Of a DNA stretch of 64,000 nt, positions 10,674-20,906 are shown one piece after another. Where the stretch lies: the NCBI GenBank assembly GCA_963734685.1, contig CAVTIC010000006.1, positions 211,320 to 275,319 of the forward strand. The letters run 5' to 3'. The translations under genes were made by a program, and so were the position numbers. The stretch comes from an uncultured Actinomycetes bacterium. Lineage in GTDB: Bacteria > Actinomycetota > UBA4738 > HRBIN12. The stretch's first letter is position 1; each line of letters opens with the position of its first letter. The notes under the pieces are model-generated. The model was not told the origin of the DNA and made no database searches. It saw only the letters and a program-made list of their open reading frames with translations.

Positions 10674-11609
10674 ATGACGGGTCGCGCTTCCCCCCGCACG
10701 ATCGTGCTCGCGGTCGTCGCCCTCCTCGGGCTGGTGGCGGTCATCGCCGTGCTGGCGGGTCGCGACACCGCCTCTGAGGCGATCGAGCCGCTCGTGCGGC
10801 CGAACCCGGTGACGAGACCGTTCGAGGGGCTGGGGGTCTGGGTCGACATCTACGACGACGAGGCGTGGAACGATCCCGCCGGCGCGATCGACACGATGGT
10901 GGCGAACGGCGCGACCACCCTGTACCTGCAGAGCTCGAACGCCGACCGCATCGGGCCGTTCGTGTACCGCGACGAAACGGCCGCGTTCATCGAGGCCGCC
11001 CACGACCGCGGTGTGCAGGTGGTCGCCTGGTACCTGCCGCATCTCACGGACCTCGTGGTCGACCGCGCTCGCACACGGGCCGCGGTCTCGTTCACGACGC
11101 CCCGCGGTGACCGATTCGACGGTTTCGCTCTCGACATCGAGTCGGCGCTGGTGCGCGATCCGGCGAGGCGGACCGAGCGGCTCGTGAAGCTGTCCGCGCG
11201 TCTGCGTGAGATCGCCGGAGACCGCTATCCGCTCGGCGCGATCGTGCCCTCGCCGGTGCGCCTGGTCGACGACGAGGCGTACTGGCCCGACTTCCCGTGG
11301 GGCGACCTGGCGCGAACCTACGATGCCGTGCTCCCGATGACCTACTACACGTTCCGGGTGCAGGGGCCTCGCGGCACGATGGAGTACGTGACGCGAGCGA
11401 TCGACGAGATCAGGGCGGGAGTGGGGTCAGATCGTGTTCCGATCCACGTGATCGGCGGGCTCGCGCGAGACGCCACCGGACCCGAGACGGGGGCGTTCGT
11501 CCGGGCCGTGCGGAAGGCCGGCGCGATCGGCGCGAGCTACTACACGCTTCCGTTCGTGACCGCAGAGCAGTGGACGCTGTTGCGCGAGGTGTCCACGCCC
11601 GCCGTTTGA
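10674..11609 (+). CDS. Membrane-anchored/secreted hypothetical protein, possible glycoside-hydrolase-like TIM barrel (DUF4015/GHL10-like)
   Basis: N-terminal TM RTIVLAVVALLGLVAVIAVLAG, then VWVDIYDDEAWNDP...LYLQSSNADRIGPF...VVAWYLPHL. Family call is tentative. Confidence 0.5.
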   Translation: MTGRASPRTIVLAVVALLGLVAVIAVLAGRDTASEAIEPLVRPNPVTRPFEGLGVWVDIYDDEAWNDPAGAIDTMVANGATTLYLQSSNADRIGPFVYRDETAAFIEAAHDRGVQVVAWYLPHLTDLVVDRARTRAAVSFTTPRGDRFDGFALDIESALVRDPARRTERLVKLSARLREIAGDRYPLGAIVPSPVRLVDDEAYWPDFPWGDLARTYDAVLPMTYYTFRVQGPRGTMEYVTRAIDEIRAGVGSDRVPIHVIGGLARDATGPETGAFVRAVRKAGAIGASYYTLPFVTAEQWTLLREVSTPAV

Positions 11610-11673
11610 CCCTCTCGTGGCGGCGTCGCTAGGCTCACTCCACCCGTCCGACCTCCGAGGAGGCTCGCCGCCC

Positions 11674-12000
11674 GTGTCCATGCGCTCGCGCTCCGCCCGC
11701 CTCGCCGCCGTGGCCGTGCTCGCGCTCGCCGTGGCCGCGTGCACGAAGACTCTCGACACCGACGGGCTCGAGGGCGATCTCAAGAAGCAGATCGAACAGG
11801 AGACGCCCACCACGATCACCTCGGTCGACTGCCCGGCCGACGTCGAGGTGAAGACGGGCGGCACGTTCGAGTGCACCGCCGTGGAGGAGTCGGGCGCCAC
11901 GTTCACGATCAAGGTCACGCAGACGGACGACCAGGGCAACGTGGAGTGGGAAGTCGTGGACGCCAGCGCCGAGAGCCCGGCCGCGAGCCCTGAGGCCTGA
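11674..12000 (+). CDS. DUF4333-like lipoprotein
   Basis: Signal with lipobox LALAVAAC. GAGGAGG RBS 10 nt before GTG 11674 (alternative ATG at 11680). Confidence 0.6.
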   Translation: MSMRSRSARLAAVAVLALAVAACTKTLDTDGLEGDLKKQIEQETPTTITSVDCPADVEVKTGGTFECTAVEESGATFTIKVTQTDDQGNVEWEVVDASAESPAASPEA

Positions 12001-12010
12001 GGGGAGCCAC

Positions 12011-12790
12011 GTGCTGCTGGAAGGGAAGCGCTTCCTGATCACCGGCGTGCTCACGCCGCAGTCGATCGCGTTCGCCGCGGCGCGCTCCGCCCAGGAGCAG
12101 GGTGCCGAGATCGTGCTCACGAACTTCGGGCGCACGGTGAGCCTGACGGAGAAGACGGCCAAGCGCCTACCGAACACGCCGGACGTGTTCGAGCTCGACG
12201 TGAACGAGCCGGCGCACATCGCGTCGGTCCGCGACGAGCTGGCGAACCGCTGGGGGCGACTCGACGGCTTCCTGCACGCGATCGCGTTCGCGCCGCAGGA
12301 TGCCCTCGGCGGCAACTTCCTCAACACCGAGTGGGACAGCGTGGCGACCGCCGTGCGCACGAGCGCCTTCTCGTTGAAGGAGCTCGCGACCGGCATGCTG
12401 CCGCTGATGAACGAGGGCGGCTCGATCGTCTCTCTCGACTTCGACGCGCGGGTCGCCTGGCCGATCTACGACTGGATGGGCGTCGCGAAGGCCGGTCTCG
12501 AGTCGGTCACGCGCTACCTCGCGCGCGACCTCGGGCCCATGGGCGTGCGGGTGAACACCGTCAGCGCCGGTCCTCTGCGGACGATGGCCGGCAAAGGCAT
12601 CCCGGGGTTCGAGGCGATCACCGAGTCGTGGGGGCGGCGCGCGCCGCTCGGCTGGGACGTGACGGACCCGACGCCGGTGGGCAACACGGTCGCGTTCCTG
12701 CTCTCCGACCTGTCGGCCGGCATCACCGGCGAGATGATCCACGTCGACGGCGGGTTCCACGCCATGGGCACCGACCTCTCGATCGACTGA
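12011..12790 (+). CDS. fabI: NADH-dependent enoyl-ACP reductase (InhA-type FabI)
   Basis: Near-collinear with mycobacterial InhA: GKRxLxxG, ...SIVSLDFD...YDWMGVAKAGLESVTRYLAR...GVRVN. GGGGAG RBS. Confidence 0.9.
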   Translation: MLLEGKRFLITGVLTPQSIAFAAARSAQEQGAEIVLTNFGRTVSLTEKTAKRLPNTPDVFELDVNEPAHIASVRDELANRWGRLDGFLHAIAFAPQDALGGNFLNTEWDSVATAVRTSAFSLKELATGMLPLMNEGGSIVSLDFDARVAWPIYDWMGVAKAGLESVTRYLARDLGPMGVRVNTVSAGPLRTMAGKGIPGFEAITESWGRRAPLGWDVTDPTPVGNTVAFLLSDLSAGITGEMIHVDGGFHAMGTDLSID

Positions 12791-14639
12791 GGCGCCGGGT
12801 CATCTCCTGGCCTGGCTCGATGCCTTCCTCGGTCGCGAGCTGGCGCTGCGCCCTGCCGATCACGCGGAAGGCCTCCTTCAGGCCGCTTCGCGAGAACGAG
12901 CCGAGCGTGGAGGGGTCGACGAAATCGTCGGGCGTCTCGCCCGCCGTCACCTGCTGCGCCTGGTGGGTGAGGCGTACATCCCACAGGAAGTGGAACGCTT
13001 CGATCAGCTCCGTCGCGACGGTGTCTCCGATCGTGCCCGCGGCCGCGGCGGAACGCAGACGCCCGCGCGTGTCCTTCGTGGTCACGCCCGCACGCAGCGC
13101 CCAGACGCGAGCCAGGTTGTTCACGATCGTGATGCCCCGATGCTTGACGTCGAGCCGGCCCGCGTGCTCGCCCCTGCCTTCCACGACGAGATCTCGCAGG
13201 AACCCGGTCGGCGGGCGCAGGTCGAGGGCCCGGCGGGCCATCTGGCGAACGAACGCAGGGCGTGCGCGGGCCATGCGGATCGCCGCGTCGAGGACGGGCT
13301 CGGCGTCGAGTGGACCCGAGACACGGCGGAAGTCGTATCCGATCGATGAGAGCAAGGTCGAATGGGGATCGTGGCTGTCCATCCAGGTGACGAAGGCCTC
13401 GGCGAACTCTCCGATGGGACGCCGTAGCGTCGGATGCACCGCCATCGCGTCGCCCTCGCATCGCGGGATGCCGGCCGCTTCGAGTCCGGCCGTCACGCGC
13501 TCGGCGAACACGGCGAAGTAGGGGTCGGCGTCGGGCTCGCCCTGCACGGGATCGAAGACGAGCGCGTGGTCTTGGTCGGTGTGCAGCGCCTGCTCGTGGC
13601 GGGCCGCGCTGCCGAGCGCGAGCCACGCCCACGCGCACGGCGGATCGCCGAGGTCGTCGATCACGAGGGCGATCAGCCGCTCGGTCATCGCGTCGACCAC
13701 GAGGGCGACGACACGGCCCACGTCGATCGGGTCGGCGTTGGCCTGCACCATCGCCACGACGAGGTCGGGGAGCTCGCGACCGGCGGCCGCCACCTCCTCG
13801 CTCGAGCTCGCCCGCTCGATCGCGCTCTTCGCGGCGAACGGCGTGTGACGGCCGAGGCCCATCAGGTCGGTGTCGGTCACCACGCCGAGCACCTCGCCGG
13901 TGGGGCCGGTCACCGGGAAGTGGTGCACGCCCTGGGCGAACATCCTCAGGAGCGCATCGCCCGCCAGGGTGTCGTGCGGGAGGGTCCGCACGGGGAAGGT
14001 CGCGATCACCTCGAGGGGCGTACCGAGGTCGGCGCGGGCGGCGACGATGCGCGTCCGCAGGTCCCGGTCGGTCACGATGCCCCAGCCGTCGCGCATCGGC
14101 ACGAGCAGCGAGGAGACCCGCTCGGCGGCCATCCGTTCGGCGGCCGCGGAGGTCGGCGTCTCCGGTGGCGCGGTCACGGGGGCCCGCCGGACGAGCGAGC
14201 CCACCATCGTCAGCCTCGCATCGGGAACGTCGACGGCCGCATCGGTGGCGGAGGCGATGCGCCGGCGCATGCTGCCGACCACGAACGTGAGGCCGGCGTG
14301 GCTCTCGAGCACCGGGTCGGCGATGTCCTCCGGGATCAGGTAGCAGAGCGTGTCCTCCTGCGCGCGGACGCTGAGCGAGGGCACCTCGTGCGCGAGCAGC
14401 GAGAACTGACCGAACACCTCGCCTTCGACCAGCAGGTCGAGCACGTGGCCGTCGTCGAGCAGCTCCACGGCGCCCTTGCGTACGACGTAGAGGGCTGCGG
14501 CCGGATCACCACCCTGCTGCAGGATCACCGTGCCCGCCGGGAAGTGCTCGATCTCGACCGAGCCCGCCACCTCGTCGAGCCGCTCAGACGTCAGCGCGTC
14601 GAAGGGCGAGTAGCGGCGCAGGAATCCCGCGATGTCCAC
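12723..14639 (-). CDS. DUF294 putative nucleotidyltransferase with N-terminal cNMP-binding domain and tandem CBS domains
   Basis: cNMP-binding (FPAGTVILQQGGDPAAALYVVRKGAVEL), two CBS stretches, then the DUF294 core (ALGSAARHEQALHTDQDHALVF...). The Arg-rich C-terminal 30 aa overlaps the fabI 3' end on the opposite strand, so the true stop may be earlier. Confidence 0.75.
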   Translation of the reverse strand: MDIAGFLRRYSPFDALTSERLDEVAGSVEIEHFPAGTVILQQGGDPAAALYVVRKGAVELLDDGHVLDLLVEGEVFGQFSLLAHEVPSLSVRAQEDTLCYLIPEDIADPVLESHAGLTFVVGSMRRRIASATDAAVDVPDARLTMVGSLVRRAPVTAPPETPTSAAAERMAAERVSSLLVPMRDGWGIVTDRDLRTRIVAARADLGTPLEVIATFPVRTLPHDTLAGDALLRMFAQGVHHFPVTGPTGEVLGVVTDTDLMGLGRHTPFAAKSAIERASSSEEVAAAGRELPDLVVAMVQANADPIDVGRVVALVVDAMTERLIALVIDDLGDPPCAWAWLALGSAARHEQALHTDQDHALVFDPVQGEPDADPYFAVFAERVTAGLEAAGIPRCEGDAMAVHPTLRRPIGEFAEAFVTWMDSHDPHSTLLSSIGYDFRRVSGPLDAEPVLDAAIRMARARPAFVRQMARRALDLRPPTGFLRDLVVEGRGEHAGRLDVKHRGITIVNNLARVWALRAGVTTKDTRGRLRSAAAAGTIGDTVATELIEAFHFLWDVRLTHQAQQVTAGETPDDFVDPSTLGSFSRSGLKEAFRVIGRAQRQLATEEGIEPGQEMTRRLSRSRGRCPWRGTRRRRGSSRR

Positions 14640-14696
14640 GGGCGGAGTATGGTCGATGCGATCGACCGAGCGCGACCGGTCGGCGGCGGCCGAGTG

Positions 14697-15119
14697 TCAG
14701 CGAGCGGGCGAGATGCGCCACGTGCCGTACTCGACGGTGGTGGCCACGGTCCGCACGCGCGTCACCCGATACGCGCCGCCCACCAGCTCCACCCGAAGGA
14801 TCACCCCGTCCTCCACGCCGTCGGGCCAGAGCGCGCTCGCCCGCATGCCCGACAGGAAGTTGCCCATGCCGTGGGCGACCACCTTCCCGTTGACTCGCTC
14901 GACCGGCTGCACGACGTGGGCGTGGTGCCCCACGATCGCGTCCACCGCGGGTGACCGGGTGAGCCGCTCGGCCACCTGCGTCTGGAAGGCGGTCGGGGTG
15001 ACGAGCGGCTCCACGCCCCAGTGCATGCTGACGACCGTGAAGCGCGACCCCCTCGCGCTGGCGCGACGGGCGTCATCCAGGATGCGGTCGATCGCGATCA
15101 GGTCGGCCTGCCATGGTCG
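14697..15119 (-). pseudogene. CapA-family (poly-gamma-glutamate/metallophosphatase) C-terminal fragment, N-terminal ~200 aa missing
   Basis: Only ...VVSMHWGVEP...AIVGHHAHVVQPVERVNGKVVAHGMGNFLS... resembles CapA. The rest of track ORF 14697..15776 is an Arg-rich out-of-frame overlap with pfkB. An intact CapA paralog lies at 46144..47508. Confidence 0.45.
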
Positions 15120-15310
15120 AGCGGGTGATGGGCCCCGGGGGCGGCCGCCGACGTCGGTGCTTCCCGCGCATCGTGGGTCCTCGGCTTGGGGAAGGGACGG
15201 ATCCGAACGTTCCGTCCAGTGAGAGGCCCGGCCACGATATGCCCGGAACCACCGATTCCGGTGGAGGCCGGGTGAGGTCATTCGCCGCCTGAGGGGCGGC
15301 CGCGCCTCCC

Positions 15311-16135
15311 TCACACGCCGTCCCACTGCCCGGCGTAGGGACCTGAACCCGAGGCGCATGCCGCCCCGCACCGCGCTGCGAACCCGAGTGCGCGCTCGAC
15401 CTCCCACCCCGCGCCGAGGGCGTAGGTGAGCCCGGCTGCGAACGAGTCCCCGGCTCCGTACGCGTCGCCCGCCGACCCCGTCACCTCGATCGCGTCGTAC
15501 CGACCGGTCCCCCCGCTCGCAGTCTCGTAGCGGCCGCCCGACCTCCCCTCGGTCCGAACGAGCAGCGGCGGCCGCCACGGCAGCACCTCGGTATCCACAT
15601 GCTCGGCCGGGTCGCGGCCGCTGCCGACGAGGGCGTCGGGCACGACGTCGGCCTCGAGCAGCTCCTCGAGCACCCGGGTGGTCACGACCATGACGCGGGC
15701 CCGACGCGCGCATCGGAACGCCTCGGCGTCGCCCGCCGTGACGTAGACGGCATCGATCGGGGGGAAGCGATCCCACGGCAGGGGGTCGGCGCCACCCGGC
15801 ATCAGCCGGCGCCCGAGAGTCGTGATCGTCCGTTCCCCGGCGGGGTCGACGAGCGTGAGCGCCCGGCGGGTGCGGTCCTCACGCCTTCCGGCGTGCACGT
15901 CGACCCCGAGGGCGGTGAGCTCGCGGAGCGCGCGGTCGCCGAGATCGTCGTCCCCGAGCGCGGTGAAGAAGTCGCATGCGCCTGCGAGCCTGGCGAGCTG
16001 CACGGCGGCGACGGCGCCGCCTCCGCCCGGCTCCTCCCAGTCGTCGGTGGCGTGGGCGATGTCGCCCGGACCGGGGATGCGGTCGACGGCGCCGAACCAG
16101 ATCCACTCGACGTGCCCGACGACCGCGACGCGCAT
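15311..16135 (-). CDS. PfkB-family carbohydrate kinase (ribokinase-like)
   Basis: GGGAVAA N-terminal motif and C-terminal DAYGAGDSFAAGL motif. Confidence 0.8.
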   Translation of the reverse strand: MRVAVVGHVEWIWFGAVDRIPGPGDIAHATDDWEEPGGGGAVAAVQLARLAGACDFFTALGDDDLGDRALRELTALGVDVHAGRREDRTRRALTLVDPAGERTITTLGRRLMPGGADPLPWDRFPPIDAVYVTAGDAEAFRCARRARVMVVTTRVLEELLEADVVPDALVGSGRDPAEHVDTEVLPWRPPLLVRTEGRSGGRYETASGGTGRYDAIEVTGSAGDAYGAGDSFAAGLTYALGAGWEVERALGFAARCGAACASGSGPYAGQWDGV

Positions 16136-16379
16136 GCGGTCAGTCTGGCACCCGGTCGCGGAACCATCGACGCCGTGCGAGGGTCTCCTGCACGGAACCC
16201 ATCGCGGAGCGAGCGTGCCACCTCACCGGAGCGACGACGAGCAGGACCCAGGTCTGCCGATCGAGTTCGGCCCGGCCTCCAACGGAGAGTTCGACCCCGA
16301 GCCGCAGCTGCCGGCCGTGCTCCGGGAGACGGTCGCGCGAGCGCGCGCGTGGTCGATCGAGCACTCCGACCGGCTCGGC

Positions 16380-17750
16380 ATGTCCCGGCGCGAGTTCCTC
16401 CTCTCGGCCTGTGGGGCTGCCACCGCGTTCCTCGCGCTCAACGCCTGTACGGCCGAGGAGCATGCCGCGGGGCCGTCGTCGCCGAGCGCGACCGGCACGA
16501 CCCCGGGCGGCACGTACGAGATCCCGCCGAGCGCGTCGGTCGAGCCCGAGAGCGCGTTCGAGGCGCTCGGCGGCGAGGAGTTCGTCTTCGACATCCAGGG
16601 GCATCTGCTCGAGTACCACCTGAACCCGGTGCTGAACGGCCAGGACTTCTGGGCATCGTTCCCGCAACAGGACTGCGGCGAGGACGACCCCCGCGCCTGC
16701 TACTCGATCGAGCACTTCCTCGAGCTGATGTTCCTGCGCTCCGACACGAACATGCTCGTGCTCTCCGCGCTGCCGATCTTCCCCGAGGGCAGCCCGCAGT
16801 CCCACGACATCATGGACCTGACCCGGAAGGTCGCCGCAGGCCTTTGCCAGGATGAGCGCATCCTGCTGCACGGCCAGGCCCTGCCGAACGTCGGGAAGCT
16901 CGACGCTGCGCTCGCCGCGATGGAGCACACGGCCGCCAGCTACCCCGTCGCCGCATGGAAGACGTTCACGCACTTCCCCGACGCCTTCGAGGGTGACGGC
17001 AACGGTTGGTGGCTCGACGACCGCGACCCGAACGCGCGCCAGGTGGGAGAGCGGTTCATCCGCAAGGCGAAGGAGATCGGCACCGACACGATCTGCATCC
17101 ACAAGGGGCTCTCGCTCGGCTCGCCGTTCGCCTCGCCCGACGACATGGGGCCGGCGGCGAAACGGCACCGTGACATGAACTTCGTCGCCTATCACTCGGG
17201 ATTCGAGGCCGGCGTGCCCGAGGTGCCCTACACGAAGGCCACGCGGAACGTGGGCACGAACCGCCTGATCTGGTCGATGGAACGTGAGGGCATCGGCCCG
17301 AACGAGAACGTCTACGCCGAGATGGGCACATCGTGGTGGTACGTGATGCGATACCCGGATCAGGCGGCGCACTTCCTGGGGAAGCTCCTGAAGCACGTCG
17401 GCGAGGACAACGTGCTGTGGGGTACCGACTGCCTGTTCTACGGTTCGCCGCAGCCGATGATCCAAGCGATGCGCGCGTTCCAGATCTCACCCGAGTTCCA
17501 GGAGCGCTACGGCTACCCGAAGCTCACGAAGGAGCTGAAGGCGAAGATCCTCGGCCTGAACGGCGCGGCGCTCTACGGCGTCGAGCCGAACACCGAGGAG
17601 TGTCGATTCTCGCGGCGTGAGCTCGAGCAGATACGACGAAAGCTCCCCGGCCGCAACCGGGTGCTGGGACCGACCACGATGTCCGAGACACAGGCGTTCC
17701 GCGACGACGATCGCGAGCAATGGGCCACGATGGCCACGATGTTGGCGTAG
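16380..17750 (+). CDS. Tat-secreted amidohydrolase-2 family metal-dependent hydrolase
   Basis: Twin-arginine signal MSRREFLLSACGAATAFLALNAC, then amidohydrolase-like stretches (DIQGHLLEY, CIHKG, AYHSGFE, WGTDCLFYG). Confidence 0.7.
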   Translation: MSRREFLLSACGAATAFLALNACTAEEHAAGPSSPSATGTTPGGTYEIPPSASVEPESAFEALGGEEFVFDIQGHLLEYHLNPVLNGQDFWASFPQQDCGEDDPRACYSIEHFLELMFLRSDTNMLVLSALPIFPEGSPQSHDIMDLTRKVAAGLCQDERILLHGQALPNVGKLDAALAAMEHTAASYPVAAWKTFTHFPDAFEGDGNGWWLDDRDPNARQVGERFIRKAKEIGTDTICIHKGLSLGSPFASPDDMGPAAKRHRDMNFVAYHSGFEAGVPEVPYTKATRNVGTNRLIWSMEREGIGPNENVYAEMGTSWWYVMRYPDQAAHFLGKLLKHVGEDNVLWGTDCLFYGSPQPMIQAMRAFQISPEFQERYGYPKLTKELKAKILGLNGAALYGVEPNTEECRFSRRELEQIRRKLPGRNRVLGPTTMSETQAFRDDDREQWATMATMLA

Positions 17751-17984
17751 CGGTCAGGCGCGAAGCGGGACGGCGGCGAGGTGGCGCTGAGCGACGCGGC
17801 CGTGATCGGACCCTGCGACGACGTGCACGAGCCTGCCGCCACGATCAGGGTGCGCCTGAGGAAGCCGACGTGACTACTCACTCGCACGATCGATCCGGTT
17901 CGCGAGGGTTCCATCTCCTGTGGATTGACCGGCCGAGACGGTCCGGTGAAGCTACGCCAGACGTCGACCAAGGGGGATGCACCG

Positions 17985-19265
17985 ATGGATATGAAAACCC
18001 CACCGCCCGGCCTCGAGACCGCCCTCAGCTACCCGTTGATCGAGGCTTTGCACGGCAGGCGTGCTCGCCGCTTCTCCGCGGGCGCCGTGATCCCCGACGG
18101 CCCGCTCGCGTTCGAGTCGATGCTCGACCCCCAACCGTTGAGCGACCTCGAGACGATGATGGTGCTCACATCGGCCGCGGGGAACACCGGCTGGCACTTC
18201 GCGATCACGCGCAACGCGACCTACGCCCCGCACTTCCCGAACTACGCTGGCGCGGCGGGCGGCCGAACGTTCCCGTCGGCGGCGGGCTTCCACACGATGG
18301 AGATGTTCTTCACCGACGACAGCGGCGTGTACCTGTTCGAGACGCGCGACGCGCCGAAGCTCGTCGACCGCGACCCCGACGATCCGGTCGACATCGACGC
18401 GGTGATCGACGCGCACCGGGGACGCATCCGCAAGCTGGCCGACGGTCGCATGAACATCCCGGCGGAAGAGCCGTATATGGAAGGCCACAACACGTGGTGC
18501 GTGAACCGCCCGGGGAGCCTGTTGCTGATCCCCCTCGCCGACATCGCGCAGACGCTGATCGCGATCCTCTGCTTCATCGTGCAGAACGGCGCGTGCATGT
18601 TCGACGACGTGAACGGCGATCAGGTGCCGGGCTTGGAGCGGTTCCGCGACCTCGTGAACGTCGACGAGCCCTACCCGCTGACGTTCCTCGAGCAGTACGC
18701 GCTCACCGAGGCCACCGCCGAGCTCACGACGTCGTGCTACGCGGGCATGCTGATCCTGCAGGGCATGGGTCTCGGTGGTTGGATGTTCGACGGCATCGAC
18801 CGCTACACGGTGCTCGGGGCGAGCGGCGATCCCGACGTGCCCGGGCTGGGGTTCGACGTCCAGACCGACGAGCGGTGGGCGCTGCCGAACCCGACCGGGC
18901 TCGACGGCGTGTACACGGCGTACTGCCCGCCGCACTTCCCCGACATGCGGGCGGCGGTCGAGGCGTTCAGCGAGCGGAAGTTCGGTCAGGGCGGACCGTT
19001 CAACCCCGACACTCCGGGCGCATGGAGCGAGAGCGCCAAGGTTCGGGGGGCGGCGCAGGTGCACTCCGAGGAGTTCAAGGAGTGCGTCGCGATCCAGGCG
19101 CAGTACATCTTCGACCGCTTCGGGAAGTTCCCCGGCACGGTGCCGAGCCTGTTCATCCTCACGTACCTGCAGGCCCATCACCTGGACCTGTCGTTCTACG
19201 ACGAGCACTTCGAGCCGGGGGCGTACCTGCGCACGCACGCCGAACATCAGGAACGCTGGCACTGA
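17985..19265 (+). CDS. Hypothetical protein (possible nitroreductase-fold; HGRRARRFS motif)
   Basis: 426-aa ORF with no stop, right after the amidohydrolase. N-terminal LIEALHGRRARRFS resembles the RRSxRxF motif of nitroreductase/SagB-type folds. Weak call. Confidence 0.45.
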   Translation: MDMKTPPPGLETALSYPLIEALHGRRARRFSAGAVIPDGPLAFESMLDPQPLSDLETMMVLTSAAGNTGWHFAITRNATYAPHFPNYAGAAGGRTFPSAAGFHTMEMFFTDDSGVYLFETRDAPKLVDRDPDDPVDIDAVIDAHRGRIRKLADGRMNIPAEEPYMEGHNTWCVNRPGSLLLIPLADIAQTLIAILCFIVQNGACMFDDVNGDQVPGLERFRDLVNVDEPYPLTFLEQYALTEATAELTTSCYAGMLILQGMGLGGWMFDGIDRYTVLGASGDPDVPGLGFDVQTDERWALPNPTGLDGVYTAYCPPHFPDMRAAVEAFSERKFGQGGPFNPDTPGAWSESAKVRGAAQVHSEEFKECVAIQAQYIFDRFGKFPGTVPSLFILTYLQAHHLDLSFYDEHFEPGAYLRTHAEHQERWH

Positions 19266-19374
19266 CCGGCGATACCCATATCGATATCGACCGCGGGCAT
19301 CGCGCCCCGACCCTCGATCGATACCGGGATCGGTATCAGCCCGGGTTCTGTCGATCCATCCGTATGCTCGTGTC

Positions 19375-20425
19375 ATGCAGACGGAACGGCGGCTGACCTC
19401 GTTCAGCCACGGCGCGGGTTGTGGATGCAAGCTCGGGCCGCAGCAACTCAGCGAGGTGCTCGGAACGCTCTCTCTCCCGGGGGTTCCGCCCGAGGTGCTC
19501 GTCGCTGCCGACACCGAGCGACGACGCGGCCGTCTACGCGCTCGAGGACGACCGCGCGCTCGTCGCGACGCTCGACTACTTCACCCCGATCGTCGACGAC
19601 CCCTACGACTGGGGCCGCATCGCGGCCACGAACGCGATGAGCGACGTCTACGCGATGGGTGGCACGCCGTTCCTGGGCCTCAACATCGTGAACTGGCCGA
19701 TCGACGACCTGCCCGCGGAGATGCTCGGCCGCGTGCTGCAGGGAGGCGCCGACGCTGCGGGAGCCGTCGGCGTGCCCGTGCTCGGGGGGCACTCGATCAC
19801 CGACCCCGAGCCGAAGTACGGCATGGTCGTGCTCGGCTTCGTCGATCCGCGCCGCATGCTGCGGAACTCGACCGCGGTGGCCGGCGATTCGCTGGTGCTC
19901 ACGAAGCCGCTCGGCCTCGGCGTGATCTCCACGGCGGTCAAGCGCGGCGTCGCGACCGACGAGATGCTCGCGACCGCCGTCGAGCTGATGACGACCCCGA
20001 ACCGAGCGGCGAGCGAGGCCGTGAACGAGATCGGCGCCGACGCCGCGACCGACGTCACCGGGTTCGGCCTGCTGGGTCACCTCCACCGCATGCTGCTCGC
20101 GAGCGGCGTCGCCGCCGAGATCGACGCGAGCGCCGTGCCCCTGATCGCCGGTGCGCTCGACCTCGCTCGCAGCGGGGTCGTGCCCGGCGGCACGCAGCGG
20201 AACCACGCCTACGTCTCGCCGCACGTCGACTGGGGCGACCTGACCGAGCCCGAGCAGCTCCTGCTCGCGGACGCCCAGACGAGCGGGGGATTGCTCGTCG
20301 CGACCCGGGAACCCGACGCGCTCATCAACGCACTCACCGAGCGAGGTGTCGCCGGCGCCCAGGTCGGTCGCGTTCGCGCCGGAGCAGCGGGCGCCCTGGC
20401 CGTCACCGGCCGGCTCCCGGAATAA
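19375..20425 (+). pseudogene. selD: Selenide, water dikinase (selenophosphate synthetase SelD), apparent +1 frame change near 19505-19520
   Basis: N-terminus MQTERRLTSFSHGAGCGCKLGPQQLSEVL (frame of track ORF 18775) matches E. coli SelD including the GAGCGCK Cys17/Lys20 site. The rest (DDAAVYALEDDRALVATLDYFTPIVDDPYDWGRIAATNAMSDVYAMGG...) is in the frame of ORF 19421..20425. The junction looks like a 2-bp CG deletion (expected ...ADTERDDAAVY). Confidence 0.8.
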
Positions 20426-20507
20426 CCGACCCCACTGGTAGCATTTGCACCTGCAACGGCGGCGGACGACGGCATCCGCGCGCGGCTGCATCCCACGGGA
20501 GCACGGG

Positions 20508-20906
20508 TTGAGCGAGTTGGACGGCGTCTTCTACAAGGAGATCGTGGAGCAGGGGCTCCGCGAGTTCCCGAACGAGTGCTGCGGTGTGATCGCGGCCGCC
20601 GAGGGCGAGCCTGTGAAGGTCTTCCCGATGCGGAACGCCGACGCGAGCCCGGTGACCTACCGTCTCGACGGCAAGGAGCAGATCCGCGTCTTCGGAGAGA
20701 TCGACGATCGGGGTTGGGAGCTCTGGGCGATCTACCACTCGCACACCCATTCCGAGGCGTATCCGAGCGAGACCGACATCCGGCTCGCGTTCTACCCCGA
20801 GGCGCGGTACATCCTGGTGTCACTCGCCGACCGCGACGAACCGGTGATCCGCTCGTTCTTCATCACCGACGGCGAAGTCACCGACGAGGAGCTGACGATC
20901 ACGTGA
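20508..20906 (+). CDS. mec: Mec+ JAMM/MPN+ metalloprotease (CysO-processing hydrolase)
   Basis: JAMM motif HSHTHSEAYPSETD and E-x-CG (NECCGVIAA). TTG start with GGGAG upstream is a guess; the ORF track starts at 20445. Confidence 0.75.
   Translation: MSELDGVFYKEIVEQGLREFPNECCGVIAAAEGEPVKVFPMRNADASPVTYRLDGKEQIRVFGEIDDRGWELWAIYHSHTHSEAYPSETDIRLAFYPEARYILVSLADRDEPVIRSFFITDGEVTDEELTIT

Noticed and set aside
14697-15776. 359-aa ORF as one gene
   Set aside because: Only the last ~140 aa are CapA-like. The first ~150 aa overlap pfkB out of frame, and the next ~60 aa span non-coding DNA.
17952-19514. 520-aa minus-strand ORF and the 18775..20511 plus-strand 578-aa ORF
   Set aside because: Antisense or out-of-frame to the unknown 426-aa gene and selD. 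Only the first ~45 codons of 18775..20511 downstream of ATG 19375 are real (the selD N-terminus).
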